A stretch of 64,000 nt of DNA, from positions 1 through 64,000 of IMG/VR virus record IMGVR_UViG_3300012232_000010, one strand, 5' to 3'. The stretch is from a virus (Duplodnaviria; Caudoviricetes). Made by a program: the position numbers and the translations under genes. The notes beneath the pieces are model-generated. The model made no database searches. It was not told the DNA's origin and saw only the letters and a list, made by a program, of their open reading frames with translations. Positions within the stretch are counted from its first letter, which is position 1, and every line of letters begins with the position of its first letter. This document shows, piece after piece, positions 1 through 10,525 of the stretch.

Positions 1-47
1 CGACTGTCTGTTTATGCCTTGTAATATAGTGCCAAATACTGTAGCCA

Positions 48-1223
48 TTATTGCTCCAAGAAGAATTTCATATCTTCACCAATTTTATCATATGAAAAAT
101 ACTGAATCGCTTTTTTAGCTGCCGATCTTTTCCCTACAATACATTCGTCGTCACGGATATATGCTTCATAAGCTAATTGTAATTTATTCACAAAATCACA
201 CAAATTAACATCGAACCATTTTTCCGTTCCGGTATAAATATCTGTGAACGTATTTACCATACCAAAACAATACGTTAAATGTCCGTCTATTAACCATCCG
301 CAATCTATTTCGCCGGGATGTGCAAAAGTATCTTTTTCTGGTTGCCAATATTTATCTGCTTGTTGATAGCATAATTCTGGAAAGTTTCCCCAATTACTTA
401 CTATTACAGGATTACCATGAAACATAGCATCCATAGCTGGTAAACAAATTGCTTCACCATGAGAGGGGGATACGAATATGTCGCAAGACGAATGAAGTTG
501 GCTAATCTGTTCTTCTGATAGAAACTCCGTTATAACCAAAATTGGTGGATAATTTTTAAGGTCTCTATGAATATGTACGGACTTCTTAATGTCGTCCACA
601 AATTTATTCATCAAAGACATTGTTTGTTGGGGATCGTTTCCTAACACATTTGTCTTTATAACCAATGCAACATTTTCGTTCTTAGTAAACGCTGAATAGT
701 ACGATCTTATTAATGCTGCGAAATTCTTCCTTTTCGTCATCTCACCTATTGTATAGAAGACGCACTTACCTTCAAGCGATGGAATATCCAATTTTTTATC
801 GGATATTGTCTTATTCACATCGTATGGGTGTTCTAATATTTTTATGGGTTTAGTAACTCCACTATTCATACATGCTTGTTGCTGTTGTGAGTTAGTGACC
901 CATATTTCATCCATATTGTTGCATGATTCTGCCCACATGGATGATCTGAAATGATTTGTTTCCCAATAGAACATTCCTATATTTTTGACACCTTCTTTTC
1001 TCTGGAATGTGTGGGGGAGATTTATCTGTATTACTGCGTCTACATTTTTTAGGTCTTTATCTTCTAGGTTCTTAAACCTATTGTTATTACTATTTGGCCT
1101 ACTCATTCTGACTGGTCTACACACAACATCTATTCCAGCATCATTAGCACATTGTATATTGTCTATTGCTGCTTGAGAATATCCAGTCCCATCTCTATAT
1201 GGGCCTAAAAAAGCTACTTTCAT
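48..1223 (-). CDS. GT-B fold glycosyltransferase (GT4-like)
   Basis: N-terminal TGYS motif, WET motif, RKN, and D.FVSPSHGEAICLPAMDAM (E-x7-E-like donor-binding segment). Confidence 0.85.
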   Translation of the reverse strand: MKVAFLGPYRDGTGYSQAAIDNIQCANDAGIDVVCRPVRMSRPNSNNNRFKNLEDKDLKNVDAVIQINLPHTFQRKEGVKNIGMFYWETNHFRSSMWAESCNNMDEIWVTNSQQQQACMNSGVTKPIKILEHPYDVNKTISDKKLDIPSLEGKCVFYTIGEMTKRKNFAALIRSYYSAFTKNENVALVIKTNVLGNDPQQTMSLMNKFVDDIKKSVHIHRDLKNYPPILVITEFLSEEQISQLHSSCDIFVSPSHGEAICLPAMDAMFHGNPVIVSNWGNFPELCYQQADKYWQPEKDTFAHPGEIDCGWLIDGHLTYCFGMVNTFTDIYTGTEKWFDVNLCDFVNKLQLAYEAYIRDDECIVGKRSAAKKAIQYFSYDKIGEDMKFFLEQ

Positions 1224-2929
1224 TAAAAAATACCTATCTCTAAGGATTGAGGGCTGTTCTGTTTGTTTAGTATATTAACTCTTCTGTTTTGTGCTTCATT
1301 GTATTTATTAACAAGATTGACAAAATGATTCACAACATATCTTCTATCTATATTATTTCTTTGTCCACCCACTATGATGAATCCCATATTTAGCCACTTA
1401 ACCCATTCTAAAGCAAAATGACTATTTTCTAATTCTGGATGCTTATACACTTCTCTCATGACGAAGTTGATAAACTCCACATTATCTAGGTTTGGGGGAA
1501 CATTGAGACTCTTGATATCTATCTGGTCGCATACGGGATTTAGCCATGTATCGTTTTGATCATAAATTTCACACTGATTAATAACATTCTTCCATATGGC
1601 GGCGGTTCTATCCCAACTGTATCTTGGCAATTTCTCGGCTTGACCGAATACGTTAATAGGTTCCAATATGTACTGTCTAGCTTGCTCTGATAGTTTACTT
1701 CTCTGTTCTTTAGTCAGTTTTAGGAACTTGTCCATCTTATTAACGAAATCGTCATTATCTGGAAATGCCCGTTTCTGTTCTGTTTCTATAATTGCTTCAT
1801 AATGGAATCTTCCAACCTTAATTGGTGTATTAGCTGGATTCTTCATATGATCTTTTATAGCAGAATAATCTGTAGCCATTACAGGAACACCACATGCGTT
1901 TTCTTCTGTAACGGTCATACTCCATCCTTCGCAGATAGTGTACTGAACCCCAAGATCAAAACATTTCATTATATTAGCTAACACTTCTCTTGATACTGGC
2001 GTATTAGCATTTGGGGGATGCGCCGTTTTCTTTTTGCATCGTCTGCATGGTGCTTGTTCGCCAGTGAAAAATGACGGATAAACTGCACCACAATTTTGAC
2101 ACATGTATGTCAAAAGAACTTTATTGCCCACCTTAAACTCTGTTATAGCTCTACCTATATCATACCCAACATCTGGATAGCTTGTATGTAGATACAAGAA
2201 TGTTTTATTAACCAAATCCGAATGACCTTTTGACTTGGCTTTATATACCCATTGTGAAAAAGCTTCTATCAAATCATAGAATAGTTTTCTTTTTTGGTTT
2301 CTGGAAACCATACCAACTATAATACAATTTGGGTCTATACCCATCCTTGCTTTATGCTCATCTTTATTTTCTGGTGGACAGAACATATCTATATCTGCCC
2401 CCGGCGATGCAACGGTAATCATATTCGTTCCTTCTAGGGCATCCTTCTGCATTACTTCCATAGCCCATTGTGAATATGTCAAACAACCGTCGCATCTCTT
2501 GTATGAATCTAGCCAAATATTTCTTTGCGGAATTCCGTCGATTGTTAGCATCCAATACCATTTAAAGTTTTTCCGATACGGAGAAGAATGGATGAAGTTA
2601 TCCATCCACTCATCTCGTATGGTTAATACTATATCAGGTTTGAATTCCAAGCAAACGTCATCGAACACCACGGAACCAAATTGACTTATTGGCATTTCCT
2701 TTTTGTATTTTTCCATCGCAGAACCATCCCTATTAGATGGTATTACTGGATAAAATTTCCAAGGCACCATTTTACATCTTTGGTCATCCGCATGGGCGTA
2801 AGAACCAATTTCTGCTATTTCGTAAAGATTGGTTTCATGAAGTCTTTTAATAACTTCTGCCCAATAAGTGGAGAAGCCCGTTCCTAAGAACGATCCTTCA
2901 CCAACAAATAATAAACGTTTCTTTCTCAT
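1223..2929 (-). CDS. Large GT4-like glycosyltransferase with inserted Cys4 zinc ribbon
   Basis: TGFS, SRNQKRK, EGWSMTVTEENACGVPV; insert CQNC...CRRC; start moved to MRKKRLL. Confidence 0.8.
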   Translation of the reverse strand: MRKKRLLFVGEGSFLGTGFSTYWAEVIKRLHETNLYEIAEIGSYAHADDQRCKMVPWKFYPVIPSNRDGSAMEKYKKEMPISQFGSVVFDDVCLEFKPDIVLTIRDEWMDNFIHSSPYRKNFKWYWMLTIDGIPQRNIWLDSYKRCDGCLTYSQWAMEVMQKDALEGTNMITVASPGADIDMFCPPENKDEHKARMGIDPNCIIVGMVSRNQKRKLFYDLIEAFSQWVYKAKSKGHSDLVNKTFLYLHTSYPDVGYDIGRAITEFKVGNKVLLTYMCQNCGAVYPSFFTGEQAPCRRCKKKTAHPPNANTPVSREVLANIMKCFDLGVQYTICEGWSMTVTEENACGVPVMATDYSAIKDHMKNPANTPIKVGRFHYEAIIETEQKRAFPDNDDFVNKMDKFLKLTKEQRSKLSEQARQYILEPINVFGQAEKLPRYSWDRTAAIWKNVINQCEIYDQNDTWLNPVCDQIDIKSLNVPPNLDNVEFINFVMREVYKHPELENSHFALEWVKWLNMGFIIVGGQRNNIDRRYVVNHFVNLVNKYNEAQNRRVNILNKQNSPQSLEIGIF

Positions 2930-2936
2930 ATTTGTC

Positions 2937-3443
2937 CTAGAATGGAATATCTTCATCCGAACCAACTGGAACTTCTTCTTCTACTGGCTCTGGCTTACGT
3001 GCTTGTGGCTTTGCGGCTTGTGGCTTGGTTGCCGCCGATTTATTATTTTTTGGGGGTGCGGCGGAAGTCGCTTGAGTCTTACCTTCACCCTTATTAGTGT
3101 TCGCACTATTGCTTGTCGTATTTCTTTCGCAAACATTAAAGCTTGATAGTCTCATTACTAGGACATTATGCTTAACACCATCTGTTTTGCCGGTCCATGA
3201 TTCTTGAGTCATATAACCCTGAACAGACACTTGCGTTCCCTTTTTACATCTTTCTACGAATCTATCAGCTTGAGCGCCCCACAATTTAACTTGAACAAAA
3301 CAAACTTCATCTTTCCAATCTTCGCCAGACTTAACCCGTCTATTAAAAGCTAGATTTGCAGTACATACGGAAGTATTGTTATCGCCTACTTGACGAACTT
3401 CCGGGTCTGCCGTTAGTGTACCTACACCATAAACATTCAACAT
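2937..3443 (-). CDS. ssb: Single-stranded DNA-binding protein
   Basis: GTLTADPEVR, OB-fold strands, low-complexity linker, acidic C-terminal tail SDEDIPF. Confidence 0.95.
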   Translation of the reverse strand: MLNVYGVGTLTADPEVRQVGDNNTSVCTANLAFNRRVKSGEDWKDEVCFVQVKLWGAQADRFVERCKKGTQVSVQGYMTQESWTGKTDGVKHNVLVMRLSSFNVCERNTTSNSANTNKGEGKTQATSAAPPKNNKSAATKPQAAKPQARKPEPVEEEVPVGSDEDIPF

Positions 3444-3465
3444 TCTTTTTCTCCTTTAAAGTTAA

Positions 3466-3490
3466 CACACTATTATAACCGAGTATCAAA
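3466..3490 (-). promoter_or_regulatory. Putative sigma70-type -10 element upstream of ssb
   Basis: Minus-strand TATAAT in the short dnaE-ssb intergenic gap, followed by AAGGAG RBS; no clear -35. Confidence 0.4.
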
Positions 3491-5249
3491 TTAATTTTCT
3501 TATATCCTGAATAATTATTGATCCATTTTTCTTGTATCCTTGCAGGAAGCAAATCATCCCATCCTTACAGTATTTACTTAATTTTTCATAAGAATCTGGA
3601 AAGACAACCGCATGATCTATGCTGTAGGTAGAGTCTGATATTGTCAAAAAGCACATTGCCGATCCGGGAGTTTTACCCTTTTTGGTTTTAGTATTCTTGA
3701 CATTATCTATTACAGCACAAACTGAAAAATGTTCGCCATTCAGAGCCTTCATAAGATCAAGGCAAGTATGACTAGCTATTTCGTCATCATCAACATCATC
3801 AACCGGGGAGCAAGACAATGAGATGCCTAGATAGTATTTCTCTGCCGTTGCTTTACCCAAATTTGTATCTATTGATTCCTCTTCTAGTTCTTTTATCTTT
3901 TCTTCTACCACCTGTATTCTTTTGATATTAGACAGCGGCTTATTCTCTTTGTTCTCTTCGTAATTATACTTCTTCAGTATATTGATTATATCAAACTTTG
4001 TTTTGTCAACAAAGTCTTCGTCTGTCAAACCTGTAAATTCTTTTGTAAATTCTATTACTTCTCTCTTATTCATAGAACTTAGTGATCTAGTTAACATTTG
4101 ATTCTTCTTACTTATCATGTCTTCTAGAACTTGCTTGACTGTTTTTTCATCAGTCAATTTATAGAAAAACCACTTCCTTTCTCTTTCTGTTAAACCCTTT
4201 ACATCTTTGGTCTTACCATCTTTATCTCTGATTTGTGTACCAAATATACATTCTAGCTCTTTGATCATTTGAGACCGTTGTTTGCCATAACAATCGCAAG
4301 CCCCGGCCTTAATCAAGGCAACCCCTATATTCTTATGGAGCATAGGAATAGACCCAAGAAACCCTTGCCAAGTAGCAACCGATTTGGGACCATTTTCTGT
4401 TATTTTGGCAATAGCTGATTCACCAACACCCTTAATATTGGATAGACCAAATCTCATACTTTCATCAACGATCTTGAATCTAACATTACATTCTCTTATG
4501 TCTGGCTGCAAAACGTCAATACCAAACAATCTGGCATCTTGGACCAATCTATAGATTTCGTCCATAGTATCGGATTTGTAATTCGAGTATGTTAGATAGC
4601 TTGTGAAGAATTCTAGAGGAAAATGGGATTTCATCCAAGCTGTGCTATAACTTAACATAGCATAGGAAATAGCATGGGATTTATTAAATGAATATCTTTG
4701 GCTTTTCTCTATCCAATCGAATATTTGTTCAGCTACTTCTAGTTTAACATTTCTACTTGCCGCCCCATCCATAAACTTTTGCTTAAGAGAAGCCATCAAT
4801 TCCGGAATCTTTTTACCCATAGCTTTTCTTAGATTATCAGCTTCGATCATACTAAATCCGGCTATCTCTTTGGCTATAGCTAATACTTGTTCCTGATAAA
4901 TCATAGAATTATAAGTTGGGGCTAGAATATCTTTGAGCGCTGGATGGAGATACGATGGTTGCTTACGTCCAAATTTTATGTCGATGTATTCGTCGGACTG
5001 ACCAGACTCTAATGCTCCGGGCCTCACAAGTGCTGTTAATGCGGCTAGTTCTTCTATATTGACCGGCTTAACCTTCTTAGCCCAATCCATCCCCAATCGG
5101 CTTTCAAGCTGGAAAACACCAGTAGTAAAACCGGAAGATATGAGCGAAAAGGTGGCAGGACAATTTACAGGTATTTTGTTTACGTCGAAACTACCCGGTT
5201 CAACTACGCAATCACAATTAGAAAATTTGATCTTATCTTTTGATTGCAA
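3486..5249 (-). CDS. dnaE: DNA polymerase III alpha subunit, C-terminal half (fingers, HhH, OB)
   Basis: TTGVFQLES, RPG, YQEQ, ADNLRKAMGKK, YSFNKSHA, GLSNIKGVGE (HhH), C-terminal OB fold; TTG start after GGGGGA RBS. Confidence 0.93.
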   Translation of the reverse strand: MQSKDKIKFSNCDCVVEPGSFDVNKIPVNCPATFSLISSGFTTGVFQLESRLGMDWAKKVKPVNIEELAALTALVRPGALESGQSDEYIDIKFGRKQPSYLHPALKDILAPTYNSMIYQEQVLAIAKEIAGFSMIEADNLRKAMGKKIPELMASLKQKFMDGAASRNVKLEVAEQIFDWIEKSQRYSFNKSHAISYAMLSYSTAWMKSHFPLEFFTSYLTYSNYKSDTMDEIYRLVQDARLFGIDVLQPDIRECNVRFKIVDESMRFGLSNIKGVGESAIAKITENGPKSVATWQGFLGSIPMLHKNIGVALIKAGACDCYGKQRSQMIKELECIFGTQIRDKDGKTKDVKGLTERERKWFFYKLTDEKTVKQVLEDMISKKNQMLTRSLSSMNKREVIEFTKEFTGLTDEDFVDKTKFDIINILKKYNYEENKENKPLSNIKRIQVVEEKIKELEEESIDTNLGKATAEKYYLGISLSCSPVDDVDDDEIASHTCLDLMKALNGEHFSVCAVIDNVKNTKTKKGKTPGSAMCFLTISDSTYSIDHAVVFPDSYEKLSKYCKDGMICFLQGYKKNGSIIIQDIRKLI

Positions 5250-5802
5250 AACAATTTCCCCCGGTTTTTACGCCCAGATTCTTGTCTTTAATGAATTCGT
5301 CCAAAGCCCTTCTCACATCCGGATTATTGTAATCGTGACCCCCTAATATACCATTAACTTTGATTTTTTTCCACCAAGTTTCTAAATCAAGTTTCACTGA
5401 TTCGTAAGCATGGTCCGCATCTATAAAGCAAAAGTCAACAGATTCGTTTGGGAGATAAACTGAAGCTTCAACACTATTACTCTTGTATAATGCGTAATCG
5501 GAACGATGTATTCCAATATCTTTCATATTCCCCATGAATTGAGCCATAACTTTTGATCCTTCTGATCTTTGAACTTTTGATGCTGGTGTTGTTTCATCTA
5601 TTCCTCCATAAAAGTTATCAATAGCATAGTATTGATTTCCATTCTTAAGAGCAATGGGCATCATAACGGCACTACTTCTACCCTTGAAAACTCCTACTTC
5701 AACTATATTACCATTATGAATTGATCTGACTATTTCAGAAACGAATTCGGCATCAGATTCGGAGAACCAACCATCTATTTCTTTCCAGTCTAATTTACTC
5801 AT
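5233..5802 (-). CDS. Class I SAM-dependent methyltransferase (Methyltransf_24-like)
   Basis: VEVGVFKGRS, FIDADHAYESVKLD, GGHDY. Confidence 0.85.
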   Translation of the reverse strand: MSKLDWKEIDGWFSESDAEFVSEIVRSIHNGNIVEVGVFKGRSSAVMMPIALKNGNQYYAIDNFYGGIDETTPASKVQRSEGSKVMAQFMGNMKDIGIHRSDYALYKSNSVEASVYLPNESVDFCFIDADHAYESVKLDLETWWKKIKVNGILGGHDYNNPDVRRALDEFIKDKNLGVKTGGNCFAIKR

Positions 5803-6764
5803 TTTATTTCCAATACTTTCAAAAGTTTGTTTTGATCGAAAGACCCATCTGGTTTAACTTCTATTATATCTTGAATATCTTGGGGAAAATCTTTCCAATG
5901 CATATAAAATGGTGTTGTCAACTTTATACCATCCCCCAAGTAATTAGCCATTAGTGAGAAAGCACCTTGGCCAGACACAAATATGTCTGCCTTTGTGAGA
6001 TGATAGAATGTCGAAAACACATCTTCGTCTATATGAAGGATTACTTCTCTTCTACCAAAACATTCGTGAAGAAGAAGTATATCCCTTTCTTCCTTAGACA
6101 TATCCCAAGAATAGATATGGAATACTATATTCCTTACTTCTTTTATATCAGCTATGTTTTCCATTATGGCTAGATAGTATTTCAAATCTTGCCATCTTCT
6201 ATATGGAGTCTCTTTGGTTACGTCACCCCTGCGAATATGTATGGCTATGTTTAAACAATCTTCGTCGAAATAATTGTCGAAATTTTTCACCTGAATAGAT
6301 TTGTTATATTTTTCTTTTAAGTCATTCTTTCTGTAAAAATCCCAATCGACACCAATAAATTGACCATCTGAATGCTCTGAAATTTTATAAAGTGTTCTAC
6401 TCTTATCGTGTGTGCTTAAATCTGAATTAAGTAAAGTCTGAAATTGCGAGTGGTTCCAAACGGCTTCCTCTTGATTTACATACGGAACTTCTATGGTATT
6501 GAATAAACTTAAATCTAGATCACATATTCTAAATTCATCTACACCCAAATTAAGAAAGGAATTCCATTCTTTTACTGGCCGAGTAATCTGATTGGCATTA
6601 GAGCCTTTCGGAGCAAACGTTCCGTCTGTATCTCCAACAAAATCTTGATGGACAAATCTTAGATTGTATTTGTCAGCAAGCATATACGGAACAAGCCAAT
6701 TCAAAAACTGATGACCAATTCCGGCCCACCCGGAATGTGGTTTAACGGTTATATATTTATTCAT
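5799..6764 (-). CDS. GT11/NodZ-like GDP-sugar (fucosyl-type) transferase
   Basis: AGIGHQ N-terminal motif, IHIRRGD GDP-sugar-binding motif, ADIFV..GAFS. Confidence 0.7.
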   Translation of the reverse strand: MNKYITVKPHSGWAGIGHQFLNWLVPYMLADKYNLRFVHQDFVGDTDGTFAPKGSNANQITRPVKEWNSFLNLGVDEFRICDLDLSLFNTIEVPYVNQEEAVWNHSQFQTLLNSDLSTHDKSRTLYKISEHSDGQFIGVDWDFYRKNDLKEKYNKSIQVKNFDNYFDEDCLNIAIHIRRGDVTKETPYRRWQDLKYYLAIMENIADIKEVRNIVFHIYSWDMSKEERDILLLHECFGRREVILHIDEDVFSTFYHLTKADIFVSGQGAFSLMANYLGDGIKLTTPFYMHWKDFPQDIQDIIEVKPDGSFDQNKLLKVLEIK

Positions 6765-7341
6765 TCCACTGATCCGCGAAGGCTTTTGCAATCCCCTGAT
6801 ACGTTACCGATCTTTCCTTCCATCTATCTTTAGACGGACCTAATTTATTTTGTCTGGATGGCGTTTGATTGTCCCAATATCCACACTCTGGTATGCTCAA
6901 AACATTTGTTGGTTTCAATAATGGCAAATTTTTTAACCACAAACAAGTAGATTTGCTTTCTGGATGACCAAATTGGAACGGCTGTATAATCTGATCTGGT
7001 TTCCTTATTCTTGTAGAAATACAACCTATAGGATTTTCCAATGCTATCTTATCTATCGGCGCGTCTAGTAATCTACGAACGAAGTCTAGGGCTTGTTCGG
7101 TTTGCTTTTGTCTTTCTGGCTTTCTTTTATTCCAATGAAGACCGCTACTGCATAGATAAGTGCATGGTGGATGGAATATAGCTAAATCCCAACCCATTTC
7201 TAAAAAGTCTAGTACATTACCAACAAGATGATTCCCCGGTGTTTCAGTTTCCATTAAATCACAAGACCAAGCTTCATGACCTTTAGCCTTGAAACTATCC
7301 CTAACAACACCGGAAAATTCACAACCAATTAAAATTTTCAT
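6757..7341 (-). CDS. Phage-type short DNA cytosine-5 methyltransferase
   Basis: GCEFSG (motif I variant), catalytic HPPC, ENP, KSTCLW, RSVTYQGIAKAFADQW. Confidence 0.85.
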   Translation of the reverse strand: MKILIGCEFSGVVRDSFKAKGHEAWSCDLMETETPGNHLVGNVLDFLEMGWDLAIFHPPCTYLCSSGLHWNKRKPERQKQTEQALDFVRRLLDAPIDKIALENPIGCISTRIRKPDQIIQPFQFGHPESKSTCLWLKNLPLLKPTNVLSIPECGYWDNQTPSRQNKLGPSKDRWKERSVTYQGIAKAFADQWNE

Positions 7342-7342
7342 A

Positions 7343-7504
7343 CTATTTTTTTTCTGGTGGACCATCAAAGGGTCTTTCATATCCCTTAATCATTTCTAGT
7401 TCTGGATAGTCATCGTGATTCGGATGATAGTCATTTTGTATTTCTATATTTTTATTGCCACATCCACTTATAAAAACTAAGAGGATAAAACATATTTTAT
7501 CTAA
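7343..7504 (-). CDS. Small hypothetical lipoprotein-like protein
   Basis: Hydrophobic stretch ending in ISGC; start uncertain. Confidence 0.35.
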   Translation of the reverse strand, partial: LDKICFILLVFISGCGNKNIEIQNDYHPNHDDYPELEMIKGYERPFDGPPEKK

Positions 7505-8402
7505 CACCCAATCGCTCCCCCAATTTATTAATATCAAAATCCATATTCTCATTCAGCCATATCAAATCTTTGAAATTATCATTGTCTGGGTGTGTTTGTT
7601 GCCAATATATGCTGAACGGGATACATAGTTTCGGCCCCTTGTGGAAATAGGCTGCACACACAGAGAACGCAGATTTAGCATTAACCAACACATCACAAGT
7701 AACCAAATTATGAAATGCTACAATAGGATCGTCATTCAGGTGCAATATTACGGCTAGACCGAAATGATTAAGTATATCTGCGAAGCTGGATGGCATACCC
7801 TCTGAATATATATGGAATAGGCAATCGTCTTTAAATTTACTGGTTAAGGTTTCCATTAAACGGATATATTGACTATTAGTTATCCATCTCTCCGGTTGAT
7901 CCTTGGGATTTATATCTCCCCTTCTGATATGTATCCCAATATTGATAAACGTATCCCACTTGTGACACCCAACAGGATTTCCTTGTCTAGCAAAGTCATA
8001 CTTTTCTCTTAAATTATTATTCAAATAGTATTGCCAATCAATTTGAATACCACGACCGGGGGCCGTTCTTAGCAATGTATTTTCGTGTTCTGTTATAGAA
8101 GAGTGTTCATATTTTTTAACGCACTCTGCTATAACCGGATGATCCCATGAAGCATTCCATTCTACTTGCGGAATATTAACAATATTGCAATTGGATATAT
8201 TCTCAATCTTACCTAATCCCAAGAATTCATTCCATTTAGTACCCATATAATCAGGAACTATGTTATTGTATAAATATCTCAATCCGTATCTTTGTGCTAA
8301 AGTTGGTCCCTTTAACCAATTAAGGAAATGATGACCTATTGCTGCATCATCAACATGTCTATTTTTAACGCCCTGTTCGTGCTGTGTTGTTATGTAAATC
8401 AT
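7497..8402 (-). CDS. GT11/NodZ-like GDP-sugar transferase, paralog of 5799-6764
   Basis: AAIGHHFLNWL, IHIRRGD, FHIYSEG, AKSAFS. Confidence 0.7.
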   Translation of the reverse strand: MIYITTQHEQGVKNRHVDDAAIGHHFLNWLKGPTLAQRYGLRYLYNNIVPDYMGTKWNEFLGLGKIENISNCNIVNIPQVEWNASWDHPVIAECVKKYEHSSITEHENTLLRTAPGRGIQIDWQYYLNNNLREKYDFARQGNPVGCHKWDTFINIGIHIRRGDINPKDQPERWITNSQYIRLMETLTSKFKDDCLFHIYSEGMPSSFADILNHFGLAVILHLNDDPIVAFHNLVTCDVLVNAKSAFSVCAAYFHKGPKLCIPFSIYWQQTHPDNDNFKDLIWLNENMDFDINKLGERLGVR

Positions 8403-9019
8403 AGGGTATTTCCTAGTAAGATATTGTTCTTATGTACAAGTATTTCTTTGAAATTTGGCAACATATTTTTAATATGTTCTTTGGTTATACTTCCTTCGTA
8501 TATTTCTTTTTCACTGAATTCTGTATATAAAAATTTTGTGAATTTCAAAGTTTCTAAAGCACCACTAATCATTTTATATTCTGCACCATTAACATCTGCC
8601 CATATCAAATCTATATAAGATATTTGTCTTGCTTTTGTAAAGCTATCCAGCTTTCTCCCGAACACCTTTACCCCTTCTCCAAAAGTAATATCGGGATTTA
8701 CGGATAAATGTTCTTTTGGTTTATTTAGAGAACCAGAAGCGCTCCAATCTTTTTCACCATTGATAGCTCCATGACTTTCATAAAAAGTCATTTGGGCGTC
8801 CATATCAGATATAGCTTCTTCTATTAGCTCGAATCTAGGATTCTTTATTTTCGCCCTTATTCTCTCTATATTTCTTGGGTCTGGTTCAAAACCAAATATT
8901 TTACATTCCGGGAATACATTTAAAAATAATTCAGTATCATTGCCGTTCCAGCAACCTATCTCTATAATTAATGGATTTGGCTTATTTATTATATCTTTTA
9001 GTTGTTGTATTATTGTCAT
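8399..9019 (-). CDS. FkbM family methyltransferase
   Basis: IEIGCWNG, FEPDPRN, WADVNGAE, YTEF, YEG. Confidence 0.88.
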   Translation of the reverse strand: MTIIQQLKDIINKPNPLIIEIGCWNGNDTELFLNVFPECKIFGFEPDPRNIERIRAKIKNPRFELIEEAISDMDAQMTFYESHGAINGEKDWSASGSLNKPKEHLSVNPDITFGEGVKVFGRKLDSFTKARQISYIDLIWADVNGAEYKMISGALETLKFTKFLYTEFSEKEIYEGSITKEHIKNMLPNFKEILVHKNNILLGNTL

Positions 9020-9558
9020 TACTTTTCACACTCTACGTTAAGGCTTAAACAAACTCCATTAACCTTATCCATGTGTGGAAGATATGCTTGAGAATGATCG
9101 TCGAATTCAGCATGTTCAGTTTCACGCCAATCGTATCTTCTTAGCTTTTTCATACCGATACAACTTAGTAATTCCATTAGGTCGGCGCAGTCATAAACAG
9201 TTTTGTGGTAAACAAATGTTCCTCCAACATCCATCCGACCATACATAGGCCCAATGATATTTTTCAGAGGATATTTTCCGGTTATATATAATTGTGCAAG
9301 AACAAGAAAGTTTGGAACAGCCAATCTCATTATACCACCGGGTTTCAAAACCCTCTTCCATTCAATCAGTAGTGGTATAACTTCCTGTCTATCGAAATAT
9401 TCGATAGTATGAGCCGAATAGATCAAGTCTACAGAGTCGTCAGGAAATGGAAGTTTATTAATATCTTTATGATGAACGTGAGGAAAATCTGCTAAGTCCA
9501 CGTTGAACCAGCCCGCCCCAAAATCTCTTTTTCCGCATCCGGCATGTATTTTGATCAT
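9019..9558 (-). CDS. Type 11 SAM methyltransferase
   Basis: HAGCG, LPFPDDSVDLIYSAHTIEY, RVLKPGG.MRLAVP. Confidence 0.88.
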   Translation of the reverse strand: MIKIHAGCGKRDFGAGWFNVDLADFPHVHHKDINKLPFPDDSVDLIYSAHTIEYFDRQEVIPLLIEWKRVLKPGGIMRLAVPNFLVLAQLYITGKYPLKNIIGPMYGRMDVGGTFVYHKTVYDCADLMELLSCIGMKKLRRYDWRETEHAEFDDHSQAYLPHMDKVNGVCLSLNVECEK

Positions 9559-9934
9559 CTAGTATTTCCTTAATGCTTTCAATTAATTTATCTTCAGTTT
9601 CGCAAAATACAACTTCTGGATGATAATGAAAAATATTTTCTCTACGACCCAAAGCGATCACCTTCTTATCAAGGGCCAAGGCCACTCCTAGTTCTACGTG
9701 CTTGCCGCCCGGAACGTTCGCCTCATCAGCTATATTTATCAATAAATCGCATTCTCTAACTTCCTTGTCACATCTTTTAGCTATAGCTGTTTTTTGACAA
9801 ATTGGAGTATTGCCGTATGATTCTTGGTCTATCCATGAGGAAGTGAACGAAACTTTATCCTGAAACGTTTCTTTAAGCTTTCTTCTTGTAGCTACTGCTA
9901 CATCTTGCTTTTTAGTTGCTATATATATTTTCAT
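9467..9934 (-). CDS. Nucleoside 2-deoxyribosyltransferase-like / nucleotide N-glycosidase
   Basis: EVRECDLLI, GGKHVELGVALAL, RENIFHY; 3' end overlaps the next gene. Confidence 0.65.
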   Translation of the reverse strand: MKIYIATKKQDVAVATRRKLKETFQDKVSFTSSWIDQESYGNTPICQKTAIAKRCDKEVRECDLLINIADEANVPGGKHVELGVALALDKKVIALGRRENIFHYHPEVVFCETEDKLIESIKEILDDQNTCRMRKKRFWGGLVQRGLSRFSSRSS

Positions 9935-10344
9935 ATAAAAACTTTATCCAATTCTATTCCTTGATATGGTCCTGTCTTCACTTCATAAACGAAAGCACCC
10001 TCTGGTGAAGCCATATAGTTATGCCCACCCTCTAATGTAATAGACAAGTGACCTTCATGGAGGATAACTTTTTCTAATATCGTATTATCTATATCATATA
10101 ATGTAGCCTCAACTCTACCACGAATTACGATCCATGATTCTTGTGCTATTTTTGGTCCATTGAATTCATTCCAGATATGTTTGTGTGGTTTAAATGTTTG
10201 ATTCTCTTTTAACGGAATCGTAGCTATTTGAAGGAAATTATTTGGAGGAACCAAATCCTCTCTCTGTTCTTTTGAGTCGGCAATATTATGAACTATATGC
10301 AATAGTCTTTCTGGTTCTACTTTAGAATAAATGTATCTAGCCAT
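9931..10344 (-). CDS. Cupin-fold protein (WbuC-like, associated with sugar clusters)
   Basis: PHKH, QE, GGH, EVKTGPY metal-binding cupin motifs. Confidence 0.7.
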   Translation of the reverse strand: MARYIYSKVEPERLLHIVHNIADSKEQREDLVPPNNFLQIATIPLKENQTFKPHKHIWNEFNGPKIAQESWIVIRGRVEATLYDIDNTILEKVILHEGHLSITLEGGHNYMASPEGAFVYEVKTGPYQGIELDKVFI

Positions 10345-10525
10345 TATCAGTTATGACTCCTAAATGATCTTTTTCAAATTGGGCAAATTCTTCGGTTTGT
10401 TCTGCCAAATCTTGTCGATCATCATCAGACATTATATTCAACTTCTTTTGACCGAATACAGCTTCAAAGTTTTTATCATAAACTTCTTTATTGACGGGTC
10501 TAAATTTATCACCTTTGCCAGCCAT
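10337..10525 (-). CDS. Small phage hypothetical protein
   Basis: MAGKGDKFRPVNKEVYDKNF pattern; coupled to both neighbours. Confidence 0.55.
   Translation of the reverse strand: MAGKGDKFRPVNKEVYDKNFEAVFGQKKLNIMSDDDRQDLAEQTEEFAQFEKDHLGVITDNG

Noticed and set aside
5200-5249. KIKFSN-C at the start of DnaE-C resembles the SN/C junction of a split-intein C fragment
   Set aside because: The N-half ends in polymerase sequence with no IntN domain, so trans-splicing is unsupported
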